64,000 nucleotides of DNA from Torpedo marmorata (Eukaryota), in assembly GCA_977017645.1 (NCBI GenBank), contig OZ360241.1, forward strand, positions 28,892,001 to 28,956,000, given 5' to 3'. Made by a program: the position numbers and the translations under genes. Positions 37,594-50,571 of the stretch are shown piece by piece (position 1 is the first letter of the stretch; each line of letters opens with the position of its first letter). The notes under the pieces are model-generated. The model had not been told where the DNA came from. It saw nothing but the letters and a program-made list of their open reading frames with translations, and did not search any database.

Positions 37594-39312
37594 ACCTCTC
37601 CCAAGCCTCCTTGCCACCACAAAGAAGAGAGTCTGAAAACATTGTCTTGGTTGATATTGCAAGAGCCGTCAAATACACTCCCTGTCAAAGAGCGACATCA
37701 TCTGGTAGAAGCACTTCCCTTTCGGAGTGTGCTGAACTGCTGGAGAAACTCAGGAGGTCCCTCAGCGTCCAGAAGAAGTAAAGGCAGGTTATCTGAAATT
37801 GTTAAATTCAAGATTTGGTCCCGATGGGGGAAACGTGTCCAGTCAGGAGGTGAGATGCTGTTCCCCGGGCTTCTGTTGGGCGTTGGGGTCCGGGTGCTGG
37901 AGTCCAGAGACGGAGTCGGAGAGTGAGTGGGAAGGAGGAGTTAAAGTGAGCAGGTTGCTGGGAGCTGCACTTGGAGGGTGTTTGGTTGTTGCTGATGCTG
38001 CAGCCTCGGGTGTGCGCTGGTGACCTGTTGATCGGGGCTTGGGTTTTCATCTGTTCATCATCTCCCTTTCCCCGCGGCCTGGGCGGTTCCCTCATCCCCT
38101 CCCTTCGCTGTCTCCAACCCTCACTCCATTGTTCCCTGGGCCGGACCTTGCCCTCGTTCCCTTTGCAGGGGATCTTCCCCACCACCACTGCTGCTGCTTG
38201 GCCTCATCTTTGCCCTCATCCCTGATTCAAAGACCACCATCACTGCCATTCCTCACTTGTCACTTGATGGTCGGGGTGGAGGCACCGAACAATGAATCTG
38301 GCCTTTCAAATACTGATGAGTGGGAGGGAAAGGGGGGAGGGAGAGAGAGAGATAATAGGGGTTTTTGTCTGATCGCCTCACTCCCTGTGGAAACTCTTCT
38401 TCCATCTCCTTCACACACTATTTCCAATTCCATTATTCCCTTTCGTGAACGAACTTCATTCTTCTCACTTTCTCCACACGAATGTCAGTCCCTCCCCGTT
38501 TCCCACGTACAGTATCTATTTTTATCCCCTTCTTTCACCCATTGTTCCCCCTCTCAATTTCCCCTTCTCGCTTTCTCCCCCTCTCGCATTCCCCGTTCTC
38601 CCCACCTCTTTTTCTCACGACTTACCCCGCGCTTCTTTCCCCGCCCCCTCACTTACCCCGCCCCCTCCCTTTCCCCGCCCCCTCCCTTTCCCCGCCCCTT
38701 CCCTTTCCCCGCCCCTTCCCTTTCCCCGCCCCTTCCCTTTCCCCGCCCCCTCTCTTTCCCGCCCCCTCTCTTTCCCGCCCCCTCTCTTTCCCGCCCCCTC
38801 TCTTTCCCGCCCCTTCTCTTTCCCGCCCCTTCTCTTTCCCGCCCCTTCTCTTTTCCCGCCCCTTCTCTTTTCCCGCCCCTTCTCTTTTCCCGCCCCCTCT
38901 CCTTCCCAACCTCTCTCTTTCCCCGCCCCCTCTCCTTCCCAACCTCGCTCCTTCCCAACCTCTCTCCTTGCCAACCTCTCTCCTTCCCAACCTCTCTCCT
39001 TGCCAACCTCTCTCCTTCCCAACCTCTCTCTTATCCCTCCTCTCTCTTATCCCTCCTCTCTTGCCGCACCTGTCACTCTCCCGCACCTCTCGCACCCCCA
39101 CCCCCTCCCGTTCCCCTCCACCTCTCCCAAGCCTCCTTGCCACCACAAAGAAGAGAGTCTGAAAACATTGTCTTGGTTGATATTGCAAGAGCCGTCAAAT
39201 ACACTCCCTGTCAAAGAGCGACATCATCTGGTAGAAGCACTTCCCTTTCGGAGTGTGCTGAACTGCTGGAGAAACTCAGGAGGTCCCTCAGCATCCAGAA
39301 GAAGTAAAGGCA
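37594..39312 (+). repeat. 193-bp near-identical direct repeats (37594-37786 and 39120-39312)
   Basis: ACCTCTCCCAAGCC...GAAGTAAAGGCA, with one mismatch seen. Confidence 0.95.
38625..39060 (+). repeat. Pyrimidine-rich minisatellite (TTTCCCGCCCCT-type units, then CTCTCCTTCCCAAC-type units)
   Basis: Read directly. It explains the Pro-rich and Gly/Arg-rich spurious ORFs. Confidence 0.92.
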
Positions 39313-40349
39313 ATCATCGTTTCAGGCCTGAGCCCTTCGTCGTGACACTTTTGAATATTGCACTGGACCCCACCATCTGCAGATTTTCCTGAATGCTCCA
39401 TTTCTGAGTATTCACTCGCTCATTGTGGTAAACAAAACGGCTGAAGATGCTGGAAAACTGGAGAAGCTCACAAAATGCTGGAGGAACTCAGCGGGTCAGG
39501 CAGCATCCATGGAAGGCAATCGATCGTCAACACTGCGGGCCGAAACCCAACTGTCCTGAGGAAGGGTTTCCATCCGAGGCGTTGGCTGTCTGTTGCCTTC
39601 CATTTATGCTCCCTGACCCGCCAAGTTCCTCTCGCAATTGGTGGTTGCACTCATTCACTGTGTTGGGACTGGCCCCAGGGTTTGCATTCCCACAACACAT
39701 TTACACTGCAGCACGGGGCTCCACTGCAGACTCCTGGGAAAGAAAACATGGTCACCAAATAATCGTAGAAATTTCACACCAGCCGATTCCCAAATTGCCT
39801 TTGCATGTTAGTGATATCTCTCTGCCCCCTGGAGGACAGGTCATGCATGCAGGTATAAGGGCATTCATCATTGGGGCTAATTTTACACAGGAAATCAACT
39901 TCAGTATTCAAACTTTGCTGTAAAAAGATCTCGTAGTGCAATTGTTAGTTATTAAAACATAAGAGGAAGCCAATCACTCCATTGGGTCCATGTCAGATCC
40001 CGAAGAAGCAATCACATTGGTACAATTTTCTCTATCATAATTTCCCTTCTACATGCCATCAACTGTTCTTTGATTATTTTGTTGCCCAGGGAGCGGTGAT
40101 CTACAGCAGCACATCTTTGGCATGTGGGGTGAAACTGGAACATTGGTGGGAAATTCAAGTGTTCACAAGTAGAAAAAAAGAACTCCACTCACAGAAGATC
40201 ACGATCAAAGCCAGGTCTCTGGAGCTCAGAGCTGCATCCCAATGCCATTCCTCTTGTGTTGCCCAAGTACCATTCTTCCTGCCATCAAAGTGCCTTTCCT
40301 TGGTCCATTAGTTCTGATACAGCGTAGGAAGCAGGTGGGTACAACAGGT

Positions 40350-40640
40350 AGGCAGCAGGGTAGCGTAGTGGTTAGCACAACGCCATTACAGCACCAGAGA
40401 CACAGGTTCAAATTCACTGGCGTTTACAAGGATTTTGTACATTCTCCCCATGAGAATGGTAATTGGGCAATACAGGAGGAATGGAATTGGGATGCAGCAG
40501 GTAGCTTGGGTTTCCCCCGAGTGATCTGGTTTCTTCCATGTACAGAACATGTGTGGGGTTAGGGGTTAAATTGTCACATGGGTGTATTTGGGTGGCTTGG
40601 GTTTATTGGGCAGGAAGGGTCCATTACATGCTGTGTCTCT
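40350..40640 (+). mobile_element. tRNA-derived V-SINE, diverged
   Basis: TAGCGTAGTGGTTAGCACAACGC..GGTTCAAATTC head, homologous to 4513-4742. Confidence 0.7.
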
Positions 40641-42293
40641 TTGAAACTATGAAACAGGAACCCCAGGCAGTTCTGCCACTGCTGGGTCAGTTTTGCTCTG
40701 CACTGTGTGGACCCCAGGCATCTGCAGTCCAAACGAATGGGCTGAAAGTCAAGTGTGAGTGAATGATTGGAGAGACAGTGGAGAGAGAAGTGACAGCAGA
40801 TTCACTCCACCCCACTCTGGGGCAAACTGCTGAAGGACAGATTGCACAGCTCTGCATAACCTCAAGTGCTGCACAGATGATGAAATCCAGAGTACAAACG
40901 AAGTGGCAGAAGTCTGAGTCTCACTGTAAGCAGAATCTGGATGGGAGGGGACCGAGCTTCACTGCAGGACACATTCAGCTGCACCATTCAAACCTATGCC
41001 CTCCACCATGTCAAAGGATAAGATTGACCAGCCAATGGGAACAGCTCCAGTATCAAGTGCCCCTCAACTCACATACCATACAGACCTGAAAACATGTGTC
41101 TGCCCTTTATCAACACAGGGTGTGGATACTGGAACTCCCACCCTAATAACATGCTGGCAGTATCTTCAGAATGCAAACCATGAAGGGTAGAGACAGCTGT
41201 CCAGTGGCAACTCCTTGACCAATTAAAGAATGGCAATAAATCGTTGCCTTGCCAGTAAAACACCGACGTTTTAATGAATAAAAGTGTGACCCTAAATCAG
41301 GACACTTTATTGCTGACCTTCTTTATATCTAAAATTCTTATTGTCCTTTGCCTCATGTGCCCCCCATCTCTATGAACCCAAAGTCTTCTTTGGCATTCCC
41401 CCTTTGAATTCAGCTGCACCATGAGTGTGTTTCCCCCACCACTGATTACCTTGTCTTCTACTATCCAAACGTCATGTTTTGTCGTTCGCTCCCCAAGATC
41501 TCTTCTCTCCACATAGCTCTCTGTCTGTGTTTTTAAAATGCTGTTGTTAAACCCTCCAAAATTTCTTTTGTGACATGGTTTCTGAAATTGCTGATATAAT
41601 GCTGTATTTAACTCAATAAAAGACAAATTATAATGATATTTTCCTGCATCTGGTTCTCATGCAGTTTGGCTCTTGGCTTCTCATTTCCTTCGCGATGATC
41701 TGCACTTTAATTGGCTAAATTTAAAGCCATCTAGGTTTGCAAAGTCATGATTATTTTTGCAGAAATTGTCAATTGCCGGAGGAACAGAATGAAATAAACA
41801 ACTAGGAGAATAGTTTTCCTAACTGTAGCTAATATACAGTACCTGTATAGGGCAGCATTATTGATCCTGTGCTGAATAATGCAAACTCATGGAATAAATC
41901 TATGAATCAACAATCACCGGTACAACAGAATCTGAGACACTCGTGCAGTCTTGAATTTTGTTATGGTAGTTGACAAGGACGTCAGAAATGTTAAAATGTA
42001 GATATATTCTCTTGAAAACAGTTGTCATTTAAATGGAAAGATTTAATCTAGTTTAATGTGTTTACATAAAAATAAGAATATATTGGGATGTACAGACCAG
42101 GAAGGTGAAAGCTTTGGTTCCTGCTCCAGAATGAATCAATTTATCTTCCCTGGAGAATGCAGTGACTCCAACCAGGTTCCTTGTCCTGGGATTATAGGTC
42201 AAATCTCAGCAAGGATTTCCTCACTCCCTGATCACAATCAGTATACCTGATGGCTGGGTCTGTGAGGAGCGCAGCACAGGGGTTGGTTGGTTT

Positions 42294-42758
42294 ATGGTTT
42301 CCCGTTCTGTTGTGCACCTTGTTGTGGTCTAACCTTTGATCTTTCTTCATGGCCAAAATGTGGTTTCCATACCCAGTAATCCAGGAACCAAAACTTGGCT
42401 TCATGCGTGTTGTGCATGACACAAGCCCAGGATTAATCATTAAACCCAATCAAGGCAAACAGAAACACACCTCCAATAACAGATCACCTCCATTATATTA
42501 ATCACTGAAAAGAATAACAGACTGTTCCCCACTTTACACATCCGTCCAATGTTAAACCATGAAGCACTGATCTTTGGTCCTGTTTTCTCTCTTTCTCTTA
42601 AAGGCATCAGCAGCATCAATCCCACTGACCCAGTGACCACTCTTCCTGTGGGAACCTGGACAGTAAATGTGGACATACAATTTCAAGTAAAACCAACCAA
42701 CACCAGTGCTGTCTTCCACAAACCCAAGAGAGTGGAACTCCTGGCTACGTTTTAACAT
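42294..42758 (+). pseudogene. Putative ancient Ig V pseudogene (leader 42294-42351, exon 2 from 42604)
   Basis: Leader-like MVSRSVVHLVVV*PLIFLH without a canonical GT donor. A strong polypyrimidine AAG acceptor at 42603 gives (G)ISS. Another frame gives PLTQ*PLFLWEPGQ, the same spacing as LTQPPSVSVSPGQ. It is cut off by a Penelope fragment. Confidence 0.4.
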
Positions 42759-42769
42759 CTAACCCCAGA

Positions 42770-43364
42770 GAAAGAAACCTGCTTCCAGGACGAGGTCTTC
42801 CATGCAAGATCATCTGAGATGTCCTCATTCCTCAAAAAACATGGCTTCCCCTCTACTACCATCAGCTCGGCCCTCACCCGCATATGCTCCATTACCCGCA
42901 CATCTGACCTGGCCCCCTCAGCCCCCATGAGCAACAAGGACAGGATTCCCCTTGTCACACCTACCACCCCACTAGCCTCCAACATATCAACCTCTGCCAT
43001 TTCCGGCACCTACTACGTGATCCCACCATCAGACTCATCTTCCCCTCTGCTCCCCTCTCTAGCTTCTGCAGAGGCCACTCCCTCTGTTACTTCCTCGTCC
43101 ATTCCTCCCTTCCCACCAATCGCCCCTTTTGGTACATACCCCTGTGACCGCAGGAAGTGCTACACTTGTGCCCACACCTCCTCACTCACCACCATTTGAG
43201 CCACAAGCAATCCTTTCAAGAGAAGCAACACTTCACTTGTGAACCTGCAGGGGTCATATACTGCATCCGATGCTCACGTTGTGGTCTCCTCTACATTGCA
43301 GAGACTGGATGCAGACTGGGAGATTGTTTTGTTCAGCACCTTTGCTCTGTCTGCCACATAGCAG
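42770..43364 (+). mobile_element. Penelope fragment (C-terminal/GIY-YIG part)
   Basis: MSSFLKKHGFP.. and GVIYCIRCSRCGLLYIAETG. Interrupted by a Gypsy LTR. Confidence 0.85.
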
Positions 43365-43479
43365 TGTTATGGACCATGACTGACCATTTGCACTGCGGAT
43401 GGCCCGCAGGAAGGATGATGTCTTTTGAGTACACATTGGGACCAGGCACTGAAAGAGTTAACTTGCCCAGGACTGGCTG

Positions 43480-43523
<44 letters not shown>

Positions 43524-44043
43524 CTGTGGAAAGATTCTTTGTTGCAATTTTGCAAAAGCAGCTGCAAACCTCTGCAAAAAAGCATTCAGTTTTGGAGTTG
43601 CAAAAGGCTGGAGCAACAATGCAGAACCAGAGGCTTGTGCATTCTAGCTAGAAAGGGTTGTAGAATAGCACATGGCCTCCTGTATCAACAAAATCCTGAG
43701 ATAAAGCAACTTTCATGGAGAACAGGCGTGAGGTCAGCGAGACAGGCTGTGAGATCCAAGTATACGCCTCAATCAAAACTGATTTGGAATCGCAATCCTC
43801 ATGCACCTACCAAAAGGGAAAGTCATCAGGGAAGAAAAGCAGGCCAAGCATTCGAAAGCTTCAACAGTCATTGTGTCTCTCTCCAACGTTCATTAAGAAG
43901 TCCTTCGTGCCAGCAGACAGAGCAGAATTTGGACCCTGAACATAGAGAGTGATTTTTATGGAATGTATTTTGGGGACTGATTTATTTTTATGACTGACCT
44001 GGGGGTTTTGGGGAAGGTTTTCCATTTTTACATGAGGGTTGGG

Positions 44044-44084
<41 letters not shown>

Positions 44085-47000
44085 ATAGACATTTATGGTG
44101 GGGTTAATTGTTAAGAAATTAATTTTCTTTAATAAATATAAATTTCCATTTTACCCCTTTTGCATTGCGTCTTCTGTTGTTGCTGGTTTGAATTTGTAAC
44201 ATATTGGGGGCTCGTCCAGGATAGAATCAAGCTCCATCTTGGTAATTGAAGGAATCCCAGTCTGGGTAAGACATTCCTTTTGTAAAGCTAATTAAAAGCT
44301 AGTGTGTGTGTAATATAAACCAGCAACAATGGATGTAGAAATTTTTTGGAATCGCCCGAAACTGATACTTTATAAAAGGCCAAAAAGGAACAGTTAGTGG
44401 CTATAGCAACAGAGTTGGGCATTGCTTCCGTAAAACTATCAACGAAAAAGGTGGAGATTTGGAGAAAAATTGCCAAATACTATATAAATGGGAAAATGTT
44501 TGAGGAGAGCGTGTTAGAGCAGTTTCCCAAGGGTAAACCTTCCGAGAACATACAGTTGGAACTAAACAAATTGGAATTGGAACAAAAGAGATTAGCATGG
44601 AATTGGAACAAAAGAGATTAGACTTAGAGGCAGCCAGAGAACAAAATAGATTAGACAGATAGAGAGGAGAAAATTAGACAATATGAGCTGGAAAAGATTA
44701 AGTTGGAAAATGAGAGGAGACAAGAAGAGCACCAAGATCAAATTCGAGGTCCTGTTGAAAGGTTTTTGGCCAGTAGAGATGTTAGGTTGGTTCCTTCATT
44801 TGAGGATGCGGAAATAGATAAGTACTTCCAACATTTTGAAAAGGAGGCTGTGAAATTAAAATGGCCACAAGACCAATGGTCTCTTATGTTACAAATTATA
44901 ATTAAAGGAAAAGCTCAGCAAGATTATTCTACTCTTAGCACGGAGCAAGCTGCTGATTATGAAACGGTGAAAAAGGCTATACTCCAGGCTTATGAGTTAG
45001 TTCCAGAGGATTATAGACAGAAGTTTAGAAATTTAAAAAGATCAGCAACCCAATCTTAAACAGAGTTTGCCTATGAAAAGGTTGTGTGTTTTGACCGTAG
45101 TGCACATCTAAGGCGGTAAACAATGATTACAATCAATTGAGAGAATTGATAATAATTGAGGAGATAAAAAGGTGTGTTCCTGAGGATATTAAGGCATACT
45201 TAGATGAAAAGGAAGTGAAAACCTGGCAAAATTCAGCTAAGTTAGCAGATGAATAAGCTTTAACCCACAAGCCTAAGTGGACGTAAGGCAGAATTTTACA
45301 AAAATGGCACTGTGGATAATCCCGAGCAAGTGGAAAGTAAATTTGGAAGTGGTGTTAAGGAAAGGAATGAAGGAAAGTGGAAAAAGGAAAACCCTTCGGG
45401 TCCCTTTTGCCACTACTGTAGGAAGGCTGGTCATATGCTAACAAGCTGTCCAGTGTTGAAAAAGAAGAGAGAAAAGGATGCAACACCTAATGCTTATATT
45501 CAGAATGAGAAGAGGCATAACACCCAGGAAGGAGATAAATTTACTGACAAAGTTAGGGATGTATTTAAACCTTTTGTGACTGATGGCTTTGTTTCAGTTA
45601 AGGCAGGATCAAAGCAAGTTCCAGTGAAAATCTTAAGAGATACTGGAGCTGCTCAGTCAGTTGTGTTAGATAGTGTCTTGGAATTTTGTGAAGCCATTGA
45701 CACCAGTGAAATTAATTAATTAAAGGAATTAGGGGTGATGTTGAGTCCATTCATTTGCACAAAATAGTGTTGAACTCAGCCTTGGTGGAAGGACGTGTTA
45801 TAATAGGAGTGAGATCAGAGTTACCAGTGGAAGGAGTCTCACTGTTGCTAGGCAATGACTTGGCTGAGGGTAAAGTAGTTCTTGCAGTGCGAATGACCAC
45901 TAAGCCAGTCATGGATAAATCAGAGAAGGACACTGATATATATCCGGCATGTGCCATAACCAGGGCCATGTCTAAGAAAAATGTTACTGTAGAGAAGGCA
46001 GTGGAAAATAAATTGGTGAAAGAAAAAGACGGTGAAAATTAAAAACACCTGGAAAATATTGAGCAATCTCCTGTGTTACACCCATACACTGATAAGACAC
46101 CTTAAGGCACTGATTTGTCACTATCCCGACAGGAGCTAGTAACAAGGCAAAAGGAGGATCCTGATCTTGCTGAGGTGAGGGATAAGGTTCTCTCTGAAGA
46201 GGAGATTAAGAAGGTGCCAGTGGTGTATTATGAAAAAGATGGGGTGTTGATGAGGAAGTGGAGACCTTGTGATGTTCCTGCCAGTGAAGAATGGGCAGTA
46301 GTTCAGCAGGTTGTGATCCCTAAAGCATATAGGGATGAAATAATAACTTTGGCTCATAGCACACCCTTAGGTGGTCACCTTGGGGTGAAGAAATCTATAC
46401 GGAAGATAATGAAACAATTTTATTGGCCCAGTTTGAGAAGGGAGGTTGAAAGCTTTTGCCAGACCTGTCACACTTGTCAGGTGGTGGGTAAACCTAATCA
46501 GGGTCCCCCGGTGGCACCCTTGCAACCTATCCCTGCATTCACTGAGCCTTTCTCGAGAGTTATTGTGGACTGTGTTGGCCCATTGCCCAAAACCAAAGCG
46601 GGGAATGAGTATTTGTTAACAATTATCTGTGCAGCCACCAGATTTACAGAGGCCATTCCTCTGAGAAACATTAAAGCAAAGGCAATTGTAAAGGCTATGG
46701 TAAAGTTTTTCACCTTGGTAGGTTTGCCAAGGGGAATTCAATCAGATCAGGGCAGTAATTTCATGTCAGGCATATTCCAACAAGTGGTTGATAGGCTTGG
46801 AGTTAAACAGATTGTTTCCTCTGCGTACCATCCAGAAAGTCAAGGGGCCTTGGAGAGGTTCCATTCGACTTTAAAAAACATGATTAGAACTTATTGTTGT
46901 GAGAAGGAATAGGATTGGGATGAGGGGGTTCATTTCTTATTATTTGCAGCGAGGGAGTCTGTCCAAGAATCACTTGGTTTTAGTCCATTCGAGTTATTTT

Positions 47001-48399
47001 TCGGACATGAGGTGAGAGGTCCTTTAAGGTTATTAAAAGAAGAGTGGATTAATGGTGATGTGCATTTAAATCTGTTGGATTATGTTTCAAAATTTAAGGA
47101 TCGGTTGCATAAAGCTTGTGAGATGGCAAAGGATACCTTAAAGGCCACTCAACAGAGAATGAAGGTTTGGTATGATGGAAAGGCCAAGATGAGATATTTA
47201 AAACCTGATGAGAATGTATTAGTTCTGTTTCCCACACATTCAAATCCTCTTAGGGCTAGATTTTCAGGACCCTATAGAGTGAAGTAAAAAATTAATGAGG
47301 TCACCTATGTCAAAGAAATACCTTAATCGCATACGAGACACACAGGTCTGCATGTGACTATGATTAAGCTATATTTTGAACAGGTGCCGCACAAAGAGGC
47401 TGAACATTTACCAGAGGTGCTGGTTATCGACCGGGGTAAGGAGGAGACAGATAAAACCAGTTTCAGAGAGGGTCATGGGACTGTTATTTATCTGGGTTAT
47501 GTAGTAGGACAGGGGCAGTTGGCGCCAGTAGAGGTAAAGGTTGTGACTATTTCAGAGTACCCTGTCGAACTGGTAAGAAAACTCTGAGGAGATTCCTGGG
47601 AATGATTGGCCACTACCGCAAGTTTTGTAAAAACCTTGTAGATCTTGCGCTCCCTCTCACAAATTTGCTTAGAAAGGGAGAAAAATTGTAGGGTCGACAG
47701 GTTTTCAGGGAGCATTTGTCAAATTAAAAGCCATTTTATGCCACCAACCTGTGTTTAAGTCACCTGATTTAGAAAAGCCATTTTCTTTAGCCGTGGATGC
47801 CAGCGATGAAGCTGTGGGTGTGATGCTGTTACAGAGGAAGAACGAAGAGAACATTGACCATCCCACTTCTCGAAGAAGTTCAATAATCATCAAAGGAATT
47901 ATTTAACCATAGAAAAGGAGTTGTTAGCTCTTGTGTCATCTCTGCAACACTTTGAAGTGTATATCTGTACAGCTCAAAAAACACTCATAGTGTACACTGA
48001 ACATAATCCATTGGTTTTTCTTTGTAAAATGAAAAATGAGAATCGATGTGTTAAATTGGAGTCTAATTTTGAAAGAATGTGATTTAATGATAACTCATAT
48101 AAAAGGGAAAGATAATGTAATCGCTGATTGTCTTTCTAGATACTAAACTTTATAAATGAAAATAGATAATATTTTGGTGTTTGTGGACGAACATTGTGGG
48201 TTTTGTTTATATTGTGACACCTCAATTAATTTCCAAAATGTTGTTCTTGCAGGCCAAAATTTTGTTTGTGGGTGGGAGGTGTTATGGACCATGACTGACC
48301 ATTTGGACTGTGGACGGTCAGCAGGAAGGATGACATCTTTTGAGTGCACACTACGACCAGGTATTGAAAGAGTTAACTTGCCCAGGACTGGCTGTACTC

Positions 48400-48430
<31 letters not shown>

Positions 48431-49026
48431 GACAGGCTGTGGAAAGATACTTTGTTACATTTTTGCAAAAGCAGGTGCAAACCTCTGCAAAAATGCATTC
48501 AGTTTTGAAGTTGCAAAAGGCTGGAGCAACACAGCAAGACCAGAGGCTTGTCATTCCAGCTCGAAAGGCTTGGAGAATAGCACATGGCCTCCTGTATCAG
48601 CAAAATCCTGAGATAAAGCAACTTTCGAGGAGGACAGGCGTGAGATCAGCGAGACAGGCTGTGAGATCCAAGTATACGCCTCAATCAAAACTGATTTGGA
48701 ATCCAATCTTCGTGCACCTACCAAAAGGGAAAGTCATCAGGGAAGAAAAGCAGGCCAAGCATTCGTAAGCTTAAACAGCCATTGTCTCTCTCTCCAACGT
48801 TCATTAAGTAGACCTTCGTGCCAGCACACAGAGCAGAATATGGACACTGAACATAGAGAGTGATTTTTCACACACACACACTTTAGATAAGAATAGTGTT
48901 TATAGATGTTTATAGTGGGGTTAATTGTTAAGAAATTATATGTTTAATTGTCTTTAATAAATATAAACTTCCATTTTACCCCTTTTGCATTGCGTCTTCT
49001 TTCATTGCTGGTTTGAATTTGTAACA
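43365..49026 (+). mobile_element. Gmr1-type Ty3/Gypsy LTR retrotransposon, degenerate (LTRs 43365-44201 and 48280-49026)
   Basis: TG..CA LTRs and a PBS at 44205-44222. Gag from ATG 44329 with a CHYCRKAGHMLTSC knuckle, protease LRDTGA, integrase HHCC/DDE (46115..46912), then RT remnant YLGYVVG and RNase H AVDAS. PPT at 48270-48279. Most of RT is deleted. Confidence 0.93.
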
Positions 49027-49029
49027 TAT

Positions 49030-49047
49030 TGGGGGCTCGTCCGGGAT
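49030..49047 (+). other. tRNA-Pro primer binding site
   Basis: TGGGGGCTCGTCCGGGAT is the standard tRNA-Pro PBS. Variants occur at 44205 and 63056. Confidence 0.92.
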
Positions 49048-49751
49048 TGAATCAAGCTCCATCTTAGTAATTGAAGGAATCCCAGTCTGGGTAAGACATT
49101 CCTGTTGTAAAGCTAATTAAAAGCTAGTGTATGTGTAACATAAACCAGCAACAATGGATGTAGGAATTATTTTGGAATCACCCGAACCTGATACATTACA
49201 AAAGGCTAAAACGGAACAGTTATTGGCAATAGCAGCAGAGTTGGGCCTTGCCTCTGTAAAACCATCAATGAAAAAGGAGGAGATTGGGAGAAAAATTGCC
49301 AAATACTATATAAAAGGGAAAAAGTTTGAGGAGAGCGTGTTAGAGCAGTTTCTCAAGGGTAAACCTTCTGAGAACCTACTGTTGGAACTAAAGAAATTGG
49401 AATTGGAACAAAAGAGAATAGACAGGGAATTGGAACAAAAGAGATTAAACTTGGAGGCAGCCAGAGAACAAAAGAAATTAGACAGAGAGAGAGGATAAAA
49501 TTAGGCAATATGAGCTGGAAAAGATTACGTTGGAAAATGAGAGGAAACAAAATGAGCACCAAGATCAAATTTGTGGTCCTGTTGAGAGGTTTTTGGCAAG
49601 TAGAGATGTTAGGTTGGTTCCTCCATTTGAGGAAGCGGAAATAGATAAGTACATCCAACATTTTGAAAAGGTGGCTGTGAAATTAAAATAGCCACAAGAC
49701 CAATGGTCTCTTATGTTACAAAGTGTAATTAAAGGAAAAGCTCAGCAAGCT

Positions 49752-50571
49752 CAAGATTCAAGATTCAAGATTCAATTTATTGTCATCCAATAAAACAGTG
49801 TCATATTACACAAAATTCCTTTTGCCTGCTGTAATGCAGACAGATTCGCCATCGGCAGAAATTGCCTGAAACGCCTCTTACAGTCAGAGAAAGAGAAGCA
49901 AAAGAGAGTCCCCCCAGAGTCACCCAGTGTCCGTAGATTCGCCTCCAGCGCTCCCGCAGCCTCCGCAGTCACACATAGTCCAGTCCAAAGCATTGGCAAT
50001 CCGAGCTCCAGATCCGAACCTCCGACACGGTTAGGAACCCTTCAGCGCCTTTGGCACCCCCTCGCATCCCGGTTCTGATACCTGGTACCCCTTCAGCCAG
50101 TTCGAGCCAGTCTCCAGCAGTCCGCAGCCCGGTGCGAGTCTCCCGACAGCAGTCTCCAGCAGCCCACAGCCTTCGCGGCTTCCTCTCCTCGAGTCGCCAG
50201 CAGCCCGCCGCATGCATTGGTCTTTCAGCCGCAGAGCCCCCTCACCGGTCTGCCGCCGTGGTCACCGTCCTGTGGGTCGTCTCCTCTGCTTCTTCTCAGA
50301 CGGGGGATGGTCTCCCCTTTTTCTGGTGCCCTGCGCAAGTCCTCCACTCCCCTGGAGTCTGCAACCCCTCGTGGCTGCTGCCGATCAGAGGCGCTGCAAT
50401 CTTGGGCGCAGACCCGCGGTCGCCTTCCTGTAGGTCCTTTTGTGGATCCCATCAAGGCATTCCGGTCAGACTCGGGTGAGGGACTGTGCCACCAGGGAAT
50501 CGACGGTGGGAGATCAAGGTAAATTTACACTGGGGGCCTTATATCCCTCTGTTTCTCTCTTAGCTACTCTA
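49752..50571 (-). mobile_element. Unclassified GC-rich retroposon inserted in gag
   Basis: Absent from the other two gag copies. The minus-strand 3' end reads TGACAATAAATT(GAATCTT)n. Confidence 0.65.

Noticed and set aside
38039-39392. Long Pro-rich ORFs (422, 315 and 226 aa) and antisense Gly/Arg-rich ORFs
   Set aside because: They are artefacts of a stop-free pyrimidine minisatellite that is open in multiple frames.
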